A stretch of 27,670 nucleotides of DNA from a virus (taxonomy: Duplodnaviria; Caudoviricetes): IMG/VR virus record IMGVR_UViG_3300043421_000098, positions 1-27,670 of that record. The stretch is one strand, 5' to 3'. Shown piece after piece: positions 1 to 8,551 of the stretch (position 1 is its first letter; each line of letters begins with the position of its first letter). The notes beneath the pieces were generated by a model. That model worked only from the letters and a program-made list of their open reading frames with translations, had not been told where the DNA came from and made no database searches. The position numbers and the translations under genes are program-made.

Positions 1-567
1 ACTCAAACTGGGGGGTTAATCGTTAAAATTTATACTGGCAGTGCATTAATTAGCATTGCTGGTTTAGCAAAAAACGAACTTCAGGCATCTGAAGTTTTTG
101 GCGAACTAGGAAAAGCAACCGAACTCCCTACTCACCCCCCAGCGCTGCCGTGGATAATCAGCAGCACTATCATCGAAAATGTTGCAGTTATGAAATGGCT
201 CGATGAATTTTGGACTGCATTAGCGGTAGCGTTCGTAACCCCCCCCCTAAAAAAAGGAAGGGGCGGCGCACGGAAGGGGGCAGGACGAAAATCGCTCGAA
301 CCGAGTGTTTCAATCTCCCTAAAACTTCCCAAATCGTTATCCGACTTCGCAAGAAGCCAAGCCAACACCAATGGCTGGATAACCTCCTTAATAAAAAACG
401 AATTTGAAAAAGAAGAAGCGTATAAAGCAGGCTATCTTGCCTGTAGTGATGGGATACCTTTTGACAAAAACCCTCACGCTAATCCTCTGCTCCATGAGCA
501 ATGGAAGGCAGGTTGGGAACATTACAACACAGACTACCCGTCTCAACTATGCCGTTACGATGTATGA
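1..567 (+). CDS. 5'-truncated protein with an AT-hook-like GGARKGAGRK motif, an RHH-like DNA-binding segment and a C-terminal Rmf/CrpP-like domain
   Basis: Frame 1 has no stop from base 1 to 567, so the listed 190..567 ORF is probably only the C-terminal part. Motifs seen: GRGGARKGAGRK..SVSISLKLPKSL and EAYKAGYLA..DGIPFDKNPH..LHEQWKAGW. Confidence 0.6.
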   Translation, partial: TQTGGLIVKIYTGSALISIAGLAKNELQASEVFGELGKATELPTHPPALPWIISSTIIENVAVMKWLDEFWTALAVAFVTPPLKKGRGGARKGAGRKSLEPSVSISLKLPKSLSDFARSQANTNGWITSLIKNEFEKEEAYKAGYLACSDGIPFDKNPHANPLLHEQWKAGWEHYNTDYPSQLCRYDV

Positions 568-575
568 GATACTAA

Positions 576-3500
576 CTACTCCCTCAAATAAACCTCAGCC
601 GCCTGCACCCGCACCCCATGATCATTCTCCCGTCTAGCCCGTAACCGAGCCGCTAGACTCCGCTTCATCGCCGCTTCGTTAATCTGCTTCGCCTGTGGAT
701 GTGCCTGATTCCAGTCCTTAATAGCCTTCTTAGCCTCCAAAATAGCGTTCTGATCATTTTCTACCGAAGCTACAAACAAGCGATTCACCACCTTCTCACG
801 ACTGGCTTGAACCCGCTTCTTCGCATTCATAAAATCATTATTCGCCACATACTGACCTGTGAGTTTTTCCGCATTGAAACCATTCGCTTTCCAGAACAAA
901 TTCCACACATTCAGCTCATCGGAATAGGGCCGCCCTAAAAAGTCCCGTTCAACAATCGGCGAACCCTTCATTGTCAAAGCGCCTTCTGTGCTAAACCGAA
1001 GTGTTTGCATCAAATCACGGAAAAACTTAGGTGCTAACTTTTCAGCCGCACGCCACTCATGATCCTGCGACCACAATTCCGGCACAGTATAAAGCGCATT
1101 CACACCATACCCCACCACTGGCCCCGCCAATTGCTCCAGCAACGCACCCTTAGCATCAGCCCCCTCTAATTCGCGGTCACTCTCGCGCATCAGCAAATCA
1201 TCTAAACTAATCCGGCTCGACAAATCGACCCCAGTCGTTAAATTCACTGCCCCACGGAATACCAGTGTCTCCAAAGGCTCACCGCCTATACTGCGTAGGG
1301 CTTTGCGTAACTCCGACTCCCAGTCTTCCTCCTCATCCAGCACCGCAGCACTCAGTAGCATCAAACCCGCTACAGCACCAACCGTACCAATACTAGCCAT
1401 TTTTGTCCCAAACTTAGCTTGAGCATAAGCAAAACCGGTGGCAGCTCCCACAAAACCAAGGGGCAGGGCAGAGACACCCCCCATCGCTAACGTTACCGCC
1501 AAAATCCCCAACAGCTTAGACCTCGCGGCCTTCGCATCCGCTCCACCTTTACCCCACTGCCGCGCATTCCGCAGCAAAAAGTAAATCATGTGCTGCGAAT
1601 ACGACTTAAACATCAACGCGACTTTCGCAAAATCATTCTGCATAAACCGTGCACGGTTTGCATTGGAATAATCGAACTGAGTTTCCCAGGTCACATCACT
1701 CGCATACTGCATAGCCCGTTCATGGATTTCACCCTTAGCCCGTGCCAGCCGGTACGCACTCAGGAGCATCACCTCCCGATTCACCACCTCTGTTTTATGG
1801 AACAAATGCGCAACCATCCCCATTGCACGCTGATACGCCTGCGAATTACTCAAGGCATCATTATCTGCCACCCCTGCCAGCATCTGCGCCTGTGATTTAT
1901 CAATCACCCCCGTATCATGCCAAAAGTTCATGGCAGCTAACTCATCCACTGATAACCCCATACGGCTAATAGCATCATCGCCCAACACCACCTCCCGTAA
2001 ATTCAATTGCCGTGCAGTGGCATTCAATGCCTTAGCCGCCTCTATCCATCCATATTTAGCCGCCAGAGCAGGGTAGCCAACAATGGCCACTTGGCTTAAA
2101 TTCACTAATGCAGCAGCAGGCGACACCCCCAAATACATCAAAAACCCAAACGAACTCGTCCAGTTCGTCCACACTGCATTATTAGGATTCATGACCCAGT
2201 TATGGCGTTTTTTCAGCTCCTCCCGCACACGCCCCGCTAATAGACGCTGCTCAGTCGGAACATGTTTAGCTTGCTCCTCAACATCAGACATCGCTGCTGC
2301 CAATGGATCACGCGCCTCCAGCTTTGAAATCTGGTGAGCCTGATGCATCATCTGATGAGCAAATGCCTGCAATGCATCATCGCTATACCCCAATACCCCT
2401 TTCCGGTGTATCGAACTCTTCCGCATCGACAACTCAGGCAACATCTCCAGCATCAGTTGATACATTTCATCCGGCACATCCTGATTATTTTTCTTCATCG
2501 CAGTCATTGTCTGCATCAGCACCCCAGCGCGGCCTAACTCATCCTGAGTATTCTCCTTATTCAACACCCCTAGGTTCACATCACTATACTGAGCATCAGC
2601 CTTAAAGCGAGCAACTACCCGTTCAGCTTCCGCCGCCGTCGAATACATCAAAAAAATAGGCTCATTCGGATTCTCTTTTAAAGCCCACCCTCCCGCATGC
2701 CCTACCGCAATCAAATCCTTACCTACCAAATCAATACGGCTGTTAGCTGCTTTCAATGCCGCATCAGCACTATCCCACACCTGCGAATCCTGAATAACCT
2801 CCCCCGTGGCCCGATTCACCCGCTCATAGCCCGAAGCTTTCTTTAAATAAATCGTCTCACTAGGCTCCTTTTTCCGCACCTGCGCACGCACAAAATACGA
2901 TCCACTCCGATGCAGCGGAAAATAAATACCCTGCAACTTGGCAGATTCAAACTCCTGTTGTAAGGCTCGCCTTATTGCTTTTTTCCGCTCATTCGGCATC
3001 TCAGCCGCCTGAATACTAGCTAGCAATGCCTCATGCTTCCGCGCAAATCGTGCCTCATACATATCCCGTGCATCCCTGAAAATCTGCTGCGCAGTCAAGG
3101 GCAAATCCATAAATTGCTGATGCAAGCGATCAAACACCTTAAGCGCCTGCTCCTGCCGATAAACGGCCTGTTTCGCTGCCACCCAATCACCGCGCAAGCG
3201 TTCAGCCACCTGCTTAAGCTGCTCATAATGCTCCCGATTTCCACGGCTGCGCATGGCTTTGTTATCAGCCTCCTTATAACGTGCCTGTAACAACTTAAGC
3301 GTTTTAGCATCCACTACCAATCGCTCAGGCTCCACCTCATCCAGCAGCGATGCAGGGCGCTCCATCCCCAGTTTTTTCCGCCACTCTAAATCTGTCACCC
3401 GAATAAAAACCTCAGCAGCGGCTACCGACTCCAGCGACGGATCAACCCGCTCTAACGTCGAGCGATGCATCACAAACGCCAATTTCTGCCGTGTTCCTTT

Positions 3501-5273
3501 GTCTAACTGTGTCCACCGCTCAGCCAGCTTTCCACCCTCATCCAAGAGTTTATTCCGTTCTGTCAGCATCCGCTCAGTCAGGTTCATATACCGCTGCACC
3601 GCAGGCACAACCTCAGCCCCTACCTCCGCCAACTGCCGTAGTGTCAACAAACCTAAGCCACCCGTTTTAGCCACATCACGGATATGGTCCTTCGTCCACT
3701 GCCAGCCCTTACCCAGCAACTCCTTGTTTCGCGCCATCCCTTCCTTGGGCGCTTGCGCCTTCAACTCTGACCATAAATCAGCATCCCCAGAAGCAGAAAG
3801 CCCGCTTTCGCGGGCTTCTGAGGATGCTTTTTTGCTGTAGCGAATATCAGGATTATCAGGAGCAAATGAGCCGATGTTATCAGTTGCTGATTTCACAGAA
3901 GCAGGATTGAAGGCCACTAGCTCAAATGTACCATCACTAAAGGGTAGTACTACACCATCATAGCCCTGACTAATAAGTGACTCCGTTTCTTTATCAATGC
4001 TTTCTTGAGAGAGCAACCTGCCCCTCTTTTTATCATCTAGCGTCGCTATATACGGATTACGCACATTACTAAAGACCTCCATCACGACAGGCTCATCACG
4101 CCCTTGTTTTAGATTGGCATAGCTTTGTGCAATTCGTTGATCACTGGAAAGATAAACTCCACGACCTAACCATCCGGTGTCTTTTCTATTGGAGTGGTAT
4201 AAATCGAATTGTGTAAACGTGTCCGCAGTGCCGTGGAAGTACCTTCTGGGTTCTCCGGTGTTGGGATCAAGTCGCCACGCTCGTCGAACATCGCTTCTAT
4301 TTCCGGTGGGAAGGCCACGAACTCCCCGAACATTGTTTTCACTGTTACCTGTTTCTCGTTCATTGTCCCATTCCCCAAACCATCGTTTAAATGATGAAGT
4401 ACGCACTTGTACCCATTGTCGATAGTCTAGCTTAGTTTTGCCCTCACGTTGAGCCTGCTCCCATGCCGCCTGCCCACCATACTGCTGTGCGGTCTGCTCA
4501 AATTCATTCTGTTTTGAGAAACTCACCGCCGACCTGCTCATTTTTCCCTGATTTTGAGCAGATACCGAATCCGCCCACGCCCTAGCCGCCCGTACTGCCA
4601 ACGCCTGAATATCTGCTGGCGATAACGACATATTCCCCACCAACCACTTCGGCAAAGTCGCAAACGCCCATGCCCGTACAGTCGCCAACAAGCCTTGCAC
4701 GAAGATCTTAACCTTGCCCGTCTTCGTCTGCTGCTGCGTAAAATCCTCAATTAAATACGCCAAACGCTCAGAGGCTACGTGCTGCGGCGGTGTATCGGCA
4801 GGTACACGCTCCACCGCCCGAAGGGCATCGGGATTTTTCTCCCGTACCAAGGCATTAAAGCGTTGTACAAGGCTTGAGTATTTATCACCCAACATCTGTT
4901 CAAGCCCCGCATGTTCACCCGCCTCATGCAAAAACACCGCCCACGCTTGCCCTGTGGCAATATTGTCAGGATACAGTGTTACCACGCCGTTTTGATAGCT
5001 ACCCTGTGTTCCATCGGGGGCATGGCTAGCGATGACCAGCTTGTTATTTTTGATAAGCTGACTTAACGGTTTTAGTCCTAAGCGCTGAGCCAGTTCACGG
5101 TGTACCGTTTCGGCAACACTGCCAGCATTCGGGTTGCCTTTTGATTGCTGTACTGGGGTGTCAGTGAGTGCGATGGTATCCGGCATCCCTGCTTGCTCAA
5201 CGTCGTCAGGGATTAACCGCGCCACCACCTGCCCCTGATCTTGGGTCATTTCAATGATTGCAAAACAACTCAT
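576..5273 (-). CDS. Large polyvalent/internal virion protein (PLxRFG-type) with zincin-like metallopeptidase and ADP-ribosyltransferase-like (ART-PolyVal-like) domains
   Basis: 1565-aa ORF with RBS GGAGAAGGGAG. VFLHEAGEH at aa 113-121 with downstream ERLAY. ART-like block RTSSFKRWFGEW..YFHGT..GRGVYLSS..AQSYA..GYDGV..VKSATDNIGSF..DIRYS. YFPLHRSGSYFV (PLxRxG). Helical C-terminus with SPAAALVNLSQ, TQFDYSNANRARF and hydrophobic helices. Confidence 0.8.
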   Translation of the reverse strand: MSCFAIIEMTQDQGQVVARLIPDDVEQAGMPDTIALTDTPVQQSKGNPNAGSVAETVHRELAQRLGLKPLSQLIKNNKLVIASHAPDGTQGSYQNGVVTLYPDNIATGQAWAVFLHEAGEHAGLEQMLGDKYSSLVQRFNALVREKNPDALRAVERVPADTPPQHVASERLAYLIEDFTQQQTKTGKVKIFVQGLLATVRAWAFATLPKWLVGNMSLSPADIQALAVRAARAWADSVSAQNQGKMSRSAVSFSKQNEFEQTAQQYGGQAAWEQAQREGKTKLDYRQWVQVRTSSFKRWFGEWDNERETGNSENNVRGVRGLPTGNRSDVRRAWRLDPNTGEPRRYFHGTADTFTQFDLYHSNRKDTGWLGRGVYLSSDQRIAQSYANLKQGRDEPVVMEVFSNVRNPYIATLDDKKRGRLLSQESIDKETESLISQGYDGVVLPFSDGTFELVAFNPASVKSATDNIGSFAPDNPDIRYSKKASSEARESGLSASGDADLWSELKAQAPKEGMARNKELLGKGWQWTKDHIRDVAKTGGLGLLTLRQLAEVGAEVVPAVQRYMNLTERMLTERNKLLDEGGKLAERWTQLDKGTRQKLAFVMHRSTLERVDPSLESVAAAEVFIRVTDLEWRKKLGMERPASLLDEVEPERLVVDAKTLKLLQARYKEADNKAMRSRGNREHYEQLKQVAERLRGDWVAAKQAVYRQEQALKVFDRLHQQFMDLPLTAQQIFRDARDMYEARFARKHEALLASIQAAEMPNERKKAIRRALQQEFESAKLQGIYFPLHRSGSYFVRAQVRKKEPSETIYLKKASGYERVNRATGEVIQDSQVWDSADAALKAANSRIDLVGKDLIAVGHAGGWALKENPNEPIFLMYSTAAEAERVVARFKADAQYSDVNLGVLNKENTQDELGRAGVLMQTMTAMKKNNQDVPDEMYQLMLEMLPELSMRKSSIHRKGVLGYSDDALQAFAHQMMHQAHQISKLEARDPLAAAMSDVEEQAKHVPTEQRLLAGRVREELKKRHNWVMNPNNAVWTNWTSSFGFLMYLGVSPAAALVNLSQVAIVGYPALAAKYGWIEAAKALNATARQLNLREVVLGDDAISRMGLSVDELAAMNFWHDTGVIDKSQAQMLAGVADNDALSNSQAYQRAMGMVAHLFHKTEVVNREVMLLSAYRLARAKGEIHERAMQYASDVTWETQFDYSNANRARFMQNDFAKVALMFKSYSQHMIYFLLRNARQWGKGGADAKAARSKLLGILAVTLAMGGVSALPLGFVGAATGFAYAQAKFGTKMASIGTVGAVAGLMLLSAAVLDEEEDWESELRKALRSIGGEPLETLVFRGAVNLTTGVDLSSRISLDDLLMRESDRELEGADAKGALLEQLAGPVVGYGVNALYTVPELWSQDHEWRAAEKLAPKFFRDLMQTLRFSTEGALTMKGSPIVERDFLGRPYSDELNVWNLFWKANGFNAEKLTGQYVANNDFMNAKKRVQASREKVVNRLFVASVENDQNAILEAKKAIKDWNQAHPQAKQINEAAMKRSLAARLRARRENDHGVRVQAAEVYLRE

Positions 5274-5298
5274 GTTTAAATTCTCCCTTCTCCAAAAA

Positions 5299-5337
5299 CA
5301 ACAAGCCCGACTAGAACTTAATCTGTCGGGCTTGTTG
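5299..5337 (-). terminator. Intrinsic terminator-like hairpin after the HNH gene; also the left boundary repeat of the accessory island
   Basis: Perfect 13-bp stem CAACAAGCCCGAC/GTCGGGCTTGTTG, followed by TTTTT on the minus strand. Confidence 0.7.
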
Positions 5338-5360
5338 GTTGATCTAAAAATAAATATTAA

Positions 5361-7022
5361 TTAACTCACACTGTTCAATAGTGCTTTCATTATCAAAGGT
5401 TTTTTCTGTTCAAAATCACCCACAATAGCAGGCTTCCACGCATCAACCAGCCGCTCATGATAGGCTAAAGGGTCACACAGTTGACAATAAGTATAATTTG
5501 ACATCCACAGAGGGTCACTAGCCGCACCTCTTAACACCTTACCACCTTTATGCCGACAATCTGAAGTATGGAGTTTGTGCCGTGCTGAAAGATAATAAAT
5601 TGACCGACCACGAATATCTTTGTGCCCAAAGCTAGGCATACACGAATGGCAATCCTTACACAAAAAGGCCAAATTATCTAAACCGTGATCATGACTAACA
5701 CTCTTAGGCGAAATATGGTGAACCTGAGCCTTCTTCAGTTCAACCAAAACACCACAGCGCTGACACTGTGCATGTTCCCGCATCAACACCAAGCGGCGAC
5801 GGTACTCCCAATCGGGAGGGTAGCCATCTACATAATAGCGATAGACCGATTCATCTTTCCAAAACGCCTGAAAATCACGATGCTCTAACAAAAAAACGGG
5901 TGTAGATTGCGGTATTATATTTGTACTTTTATCAAGAAAACATTGATAAGCTCTATCTGCATAGTAATCCAGAAAACTGGAAAATACCGTCGAACAATCC
6001 CCATTGCACTGCTTAAAATAAGTTTCTATTCGCCTATTTAAAGCATTAGGAATAGGCTTTAGCGGTAAATAACTATATTTACCTGCAAACTCAAGCAAAC
6101 CCTGATTCGTCTCAATAGACTGCACTATTCTTTTTAAAAGCGCTTCATCTTGCGATATTAATTTATCCTTCGGTTTTTCAACCTTAGGCACAACCTTAAT
6201 ATCAACAGGTAGTGGCTTTTTGTCTTCAACACTGACAGGAATAGGCATTTGTTTTGGTAAAGGCCGTGGAACAAGCTCACGTTCCACATAACCTGAATTA
6301 ACTGGAAGGCTACGCCACCAAATCAGCCACCCTATAAACAAACCGACCACAATTACAGCAAATAACAAAAAGAGTGGGGATGATTTTTTGTGAGTGGATA
6401 CTGCTTTTTCACTCTTAGTAGGGGCTATCAACTCAATAGCCTGTGCCTGATCATGTTTAGTTGTAAGCTCAGAATAAGACCCTACTTCAACAATACCAGT
6501 CTTAGCTTTGGGTTTATCGGGTTCATCGGCTTCATCCGGTTTATTAGGCTTAACTTCTTCCTGCCTATTCTCAGACAAGGCGTTTAAAGAAGAAAAATTA
6601 AACACCATTGGAGTCGTTAATGCCGGATCATTCAACATCTTGCTCATGTCAGATTCAACATAAGCCTCCTGTCTCTCTTCAATAGGCTCAACCGATACTT
6701 CCACAGCCACAGGACGTTTAATTTTTCCCGCTTCCGCCTGTTGTAAAGACTTCAACAACTGTTGAAAATGACTATTAGGTTCTAAACTATAATCATCCAA
6801 AAACTGTTTTGCTGCGCTTTGGCTAGCCTCATCCCATCGGCCATTACGCTCGACCACATAGCCTAATGCTTGTAATTTAAACTGAATATTAAATAGCAAC
6901 CTACGTTCTTGATCAGATTCAAAGGCATGTTTCTTTAAGCTAGGCTCTTCAGAGAAAACTATGGGTACAGACAAGCATATTAACAATATTGTTTTAATAA
7001 TCTGCTTGCCCAGTCCAAACAT
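5361..7022 (-). CDS. Membrane-anchored HNH endonuclease with an N-terminal peptidoglycan-binding-like domain
   Basis: N-terminal hydrophobic signal (aa 8-24). IQFKLQALGY..NGRWDEASQSAAKQF is PG_binding_1-like (aa ~42-80). TM helix at aa 217-236. HNH motif YPPDWEYRRRLVLMRE..CQRC..VHHI..H..DNLAFLCKDCH (aa 401-459). Second metal-binding motif LHTSDC..CQLC. Confidence 0.8.
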   Translation of the reverse strand: MFGLGKQIIKTILLICLSVPIVFSEEPSLKKHAFESDQERRLLFNIQFKLQALGYVVERNGRWDEASQSAAKQFLDDYSLEPNSHFQQLLKSLQQAEAGKIKRPVAVEVSVEPIEERQEAYVESDMSKMLNDPALTTPMVFNFSSLNALSENRQEEVKPNKPDEADEPDKPKAKTGIVEVGSYSELTTKHDQAQAIELIAPTKSEKAVSTHKKSSPLFLLFAVIVVGLFIGWLIWWRSLPVNSGYVERELVPRPLPKQMPIPVSVEDKKPLPVDIKVVPKVEKPKDKLISQDEALLKRIVQSIETNQGLLEFAGKYSYLPLKPIPNALNRRIETYFKQCNGDCSTVFSSFLDYYADRAYQCFLDKSTNIIPQSTPVFLLEHRDFQAFWKDESVYRYYVDGYPPDWEYRRRLVLMREHAQCQRCGVLVELKKAQVHHISPKSVSHDHGLDNLAFLCKDCHSCMPSFGHKDIRGRSIYYLSARHKLHTSDCRHKGGKVLRGAASDPLWMSNYTYCQLCDPLAYHERLVDAWKPAIVGDFEQKKPLIMKALLNSVS

Positions 7023-7134
7023 AAATACTCACTTCTTAAAACGATTAGTTTTTTCTCTCTACAAGTATTTATTTTTATGGAGTTTTCACAACTTATTGTT
7101 TTTAGAGTCTAACCAGTTAATAACTAGCCTTCCC

Positions 7135-7380
7135 TTAAGCCGCCACCTTCAACGGCATCGCCACCAACATCCCTTCAATACTCAATTGATAGTCAAGATC
7201 TTCCCATTCAATGCCCGTGCCTTGGCAAATGAAATGCCAGTTCTTGAGCTGGGCAAAAGAAGCGGCTTGTAGTTCTCGATACCATATCATCGGCGTGGAA
7301 ATAACGCGTCCATCCTCTAGCTCGACCGTCAAATGCTGATCGGTGAAGTGAACCGCCTTACCCTTAGTTATCATAGTCAT
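7135..7380 (-). CDS. DUF2442 domain-containing protein (antitoxin-like)
   Basis: LTVELEDGRVISTPMIWYRELQAAS..QLKNW..GTGIEWEDLDYQLSIEGML matches the recognisable DUF2442 pattern; RBS AGGTGGA. Confidence 0.85.
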   Translation of the reverse strand: MTMITKGKAVHFTDQHLTVELEDGRVISTPMIWYRELQAASFAQLKNWHFICQGTGIEWEDLDYQLSIEGMLVAMPLKVAA

Positions 7381-7420
7381 TCATCCACCTGAAGAAATGG
7401 ATTGATAATTTAGAAAACAC

Positions 7421-7696
7421 TTAATACCCGCGCTTCAGTTTTTCCAAGTAACCTTCAAGCATTCCACGCTTAAAGCCATCCTCAAAACCACTCTCCCCTA
7501 ATTTTGGTAAAGGACAAAGAGGAGTCAAAGGCTCTAAACAAGCATACTGTTGATAACAATACCCACGCTTGAAGCCCAGTTCAAATCCATCACAAAAATC
7601 ATCTGCACTAGCGAACTGTGGCAACAATGCCAAACCTAAAAATACGAAGCGCTTTTTTAGCAAAAGAGGGATTAAAGTTGTTTTTTTCGCAAACAT
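7421..7696 (-). CDS. Small exported Cys-containing hypothetical protein
   Basis: Basic then hydrophobic signal peptide ending ASA. Mature part FCDGFELGFKRGYCY..C..PLCPLP..FEDGFKRG has 4 Cys and a repeated GFKRG. RBS AAGGA. Confidence 0.7.
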   Translation of the reverse strand: MFAKKTTLIPLLLKKRFVFLGLALLPQFASADDFCDGFELGFKRGYCYQQYACLEPLTPLCPLPKLGESGFEDGFKRGMLEGYLEKLKRGY

Positions 7697-7798
7697 AAAG
7701 TAAGTCCTTGGGGTTTAAAGTCTTACTCTCTACATCAATTCGTCTAATTATTGTTCAAGCCTATCTCAAACCGCTGGTGCGTTCTGTGAATTTTTCAC

Positions 7799-8284
7799 CT
7801 ACTTCATCACTTTGAACAACTGCTCGCGGATTCCTTCCGAAAATGCGCTGTTATTCACCTGTCCGGCTGCGGTAAATATTTCTAGGTGAGAGTCGATATA
7901 CACAATCCACACTTCTTCCGCGCCAGCTTCAAGATAGAGTGCCGTTTTGATCTGCATCTCTTCCCGCGAATTAGACGGTGACACAATTTCTACACAGAGT
8001 TCGGGCGCTCGTGGAAACGGTGTCACCGTTCCCCACTGCTCAATGAAGGCATCGGAAGCCCAAGCCACATCCGCGACCTTAGTCCCTTCTGGGGTTTGAA
8101 CAGAACATTCGGTGATGATCTGCCCTGAGGGATGTTTGTTGCCAACTAAGCGGGATAATTTGCCCTGCATCAACCCATGTTTGTTCGAGGCGGGACTCAT
8201 TAATAATTTGCCAAATCGGTTTAGCTCAATCTTGAACGGCAAATCCTTTAAGAGTGGATTGTCGATAACCTCTGACCATTCCAT
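7799..8284 (-). CDS. Uma2 (DUF820) family PD-(D/E)XK endonuclease
   Basis: LLMSPASNKHG, KVADVAW, APELCVEIVSPSN, KTALYLEAGAEEVWIV. Starts 1 nt after the XRE stop codon, with RBS GGAG. Confidence 0.9.
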   Translation of the reverse strand: MEWSEVIDNPLLKDLPFKIELNRFGKLLMSPASNKHGLMQGKLSRLVGNKHPSGQIITECSVQTPEGTKVADVAWASDAFIEQWGTVTPFPRAPELCVEIVSPSNSREEMQIKTALYLEAGAEEVWIVYIDSHLEIFTAAGQVNNSAFSEGIREQLFKVMK

Positions 8285-8285
8285 G

Positions 8286-8510
8286 TTAATTCTCCGCGCA
8301 CTTTGGGTGCTTTATGACACCATCCTCAAAGAGGATTCCTTCCGCAGCAAAACAATTGACCAATATTTTTACGGTGGATACACGTGGGTTTCCTTCGCCG
8401 CTCTCAAACAAAGCTAATGTATTTCTATGAAGCCCAGTGCGCTCAGTTATATCCGAGTATTCCCACCCCATATATGCGCGTGCTGCTCGAAGTTGCTTGT
8501 GTGTAATCAT
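8286..8510 (-). CDS. XRE-family helix-turn-helix transcriptional regulator (probable repressor)
   Basis: ITHKQLRAARAYMGW..DITERTGLHRNTLALFESGEGNPRVSTV..EGILF is a typical HTH_XRE pattern. Confidence 0.88.
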   Translation of the reverse strand: MITHKQLRAARAYMGWEYSDITERTGLHRNTLALFESGEGNPRVSTVKILVNCFAAEGILFEDGVIKHPKCAEN

Positions 8511-8516
8511 GTTAAA

Positions 8517-8545
8517 ACTATATCAGTATATAGCTTCATGCACAA
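8517..8545 (-). promoter_or_regulatory. Leftward sigma70-like promoter giving a leaderless XRE transcript
   Basis: Minus strand TTGTGC-N17-TATAGT with an extended -10 TG. The ATG lies 6 nt after the -10 and there is no Shine-Dalgarno. Confidence 0.6.
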
Positions 8546-8551
8546 TTTCTA

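Noticed and set aside
699-4995. Numerous short plus-strand ORFs opposite the 1565-aa gene
   Set aside because: Antisense shadows of a long coding frame, with no recognisable motifs. The same applies to plus-strand ORFs across 12479-27386.
7381-7420. Possible remnant of a DUF4160 C-terminus upstream of DUF2442
   Set aside because: Too short and too weakly similar to support.
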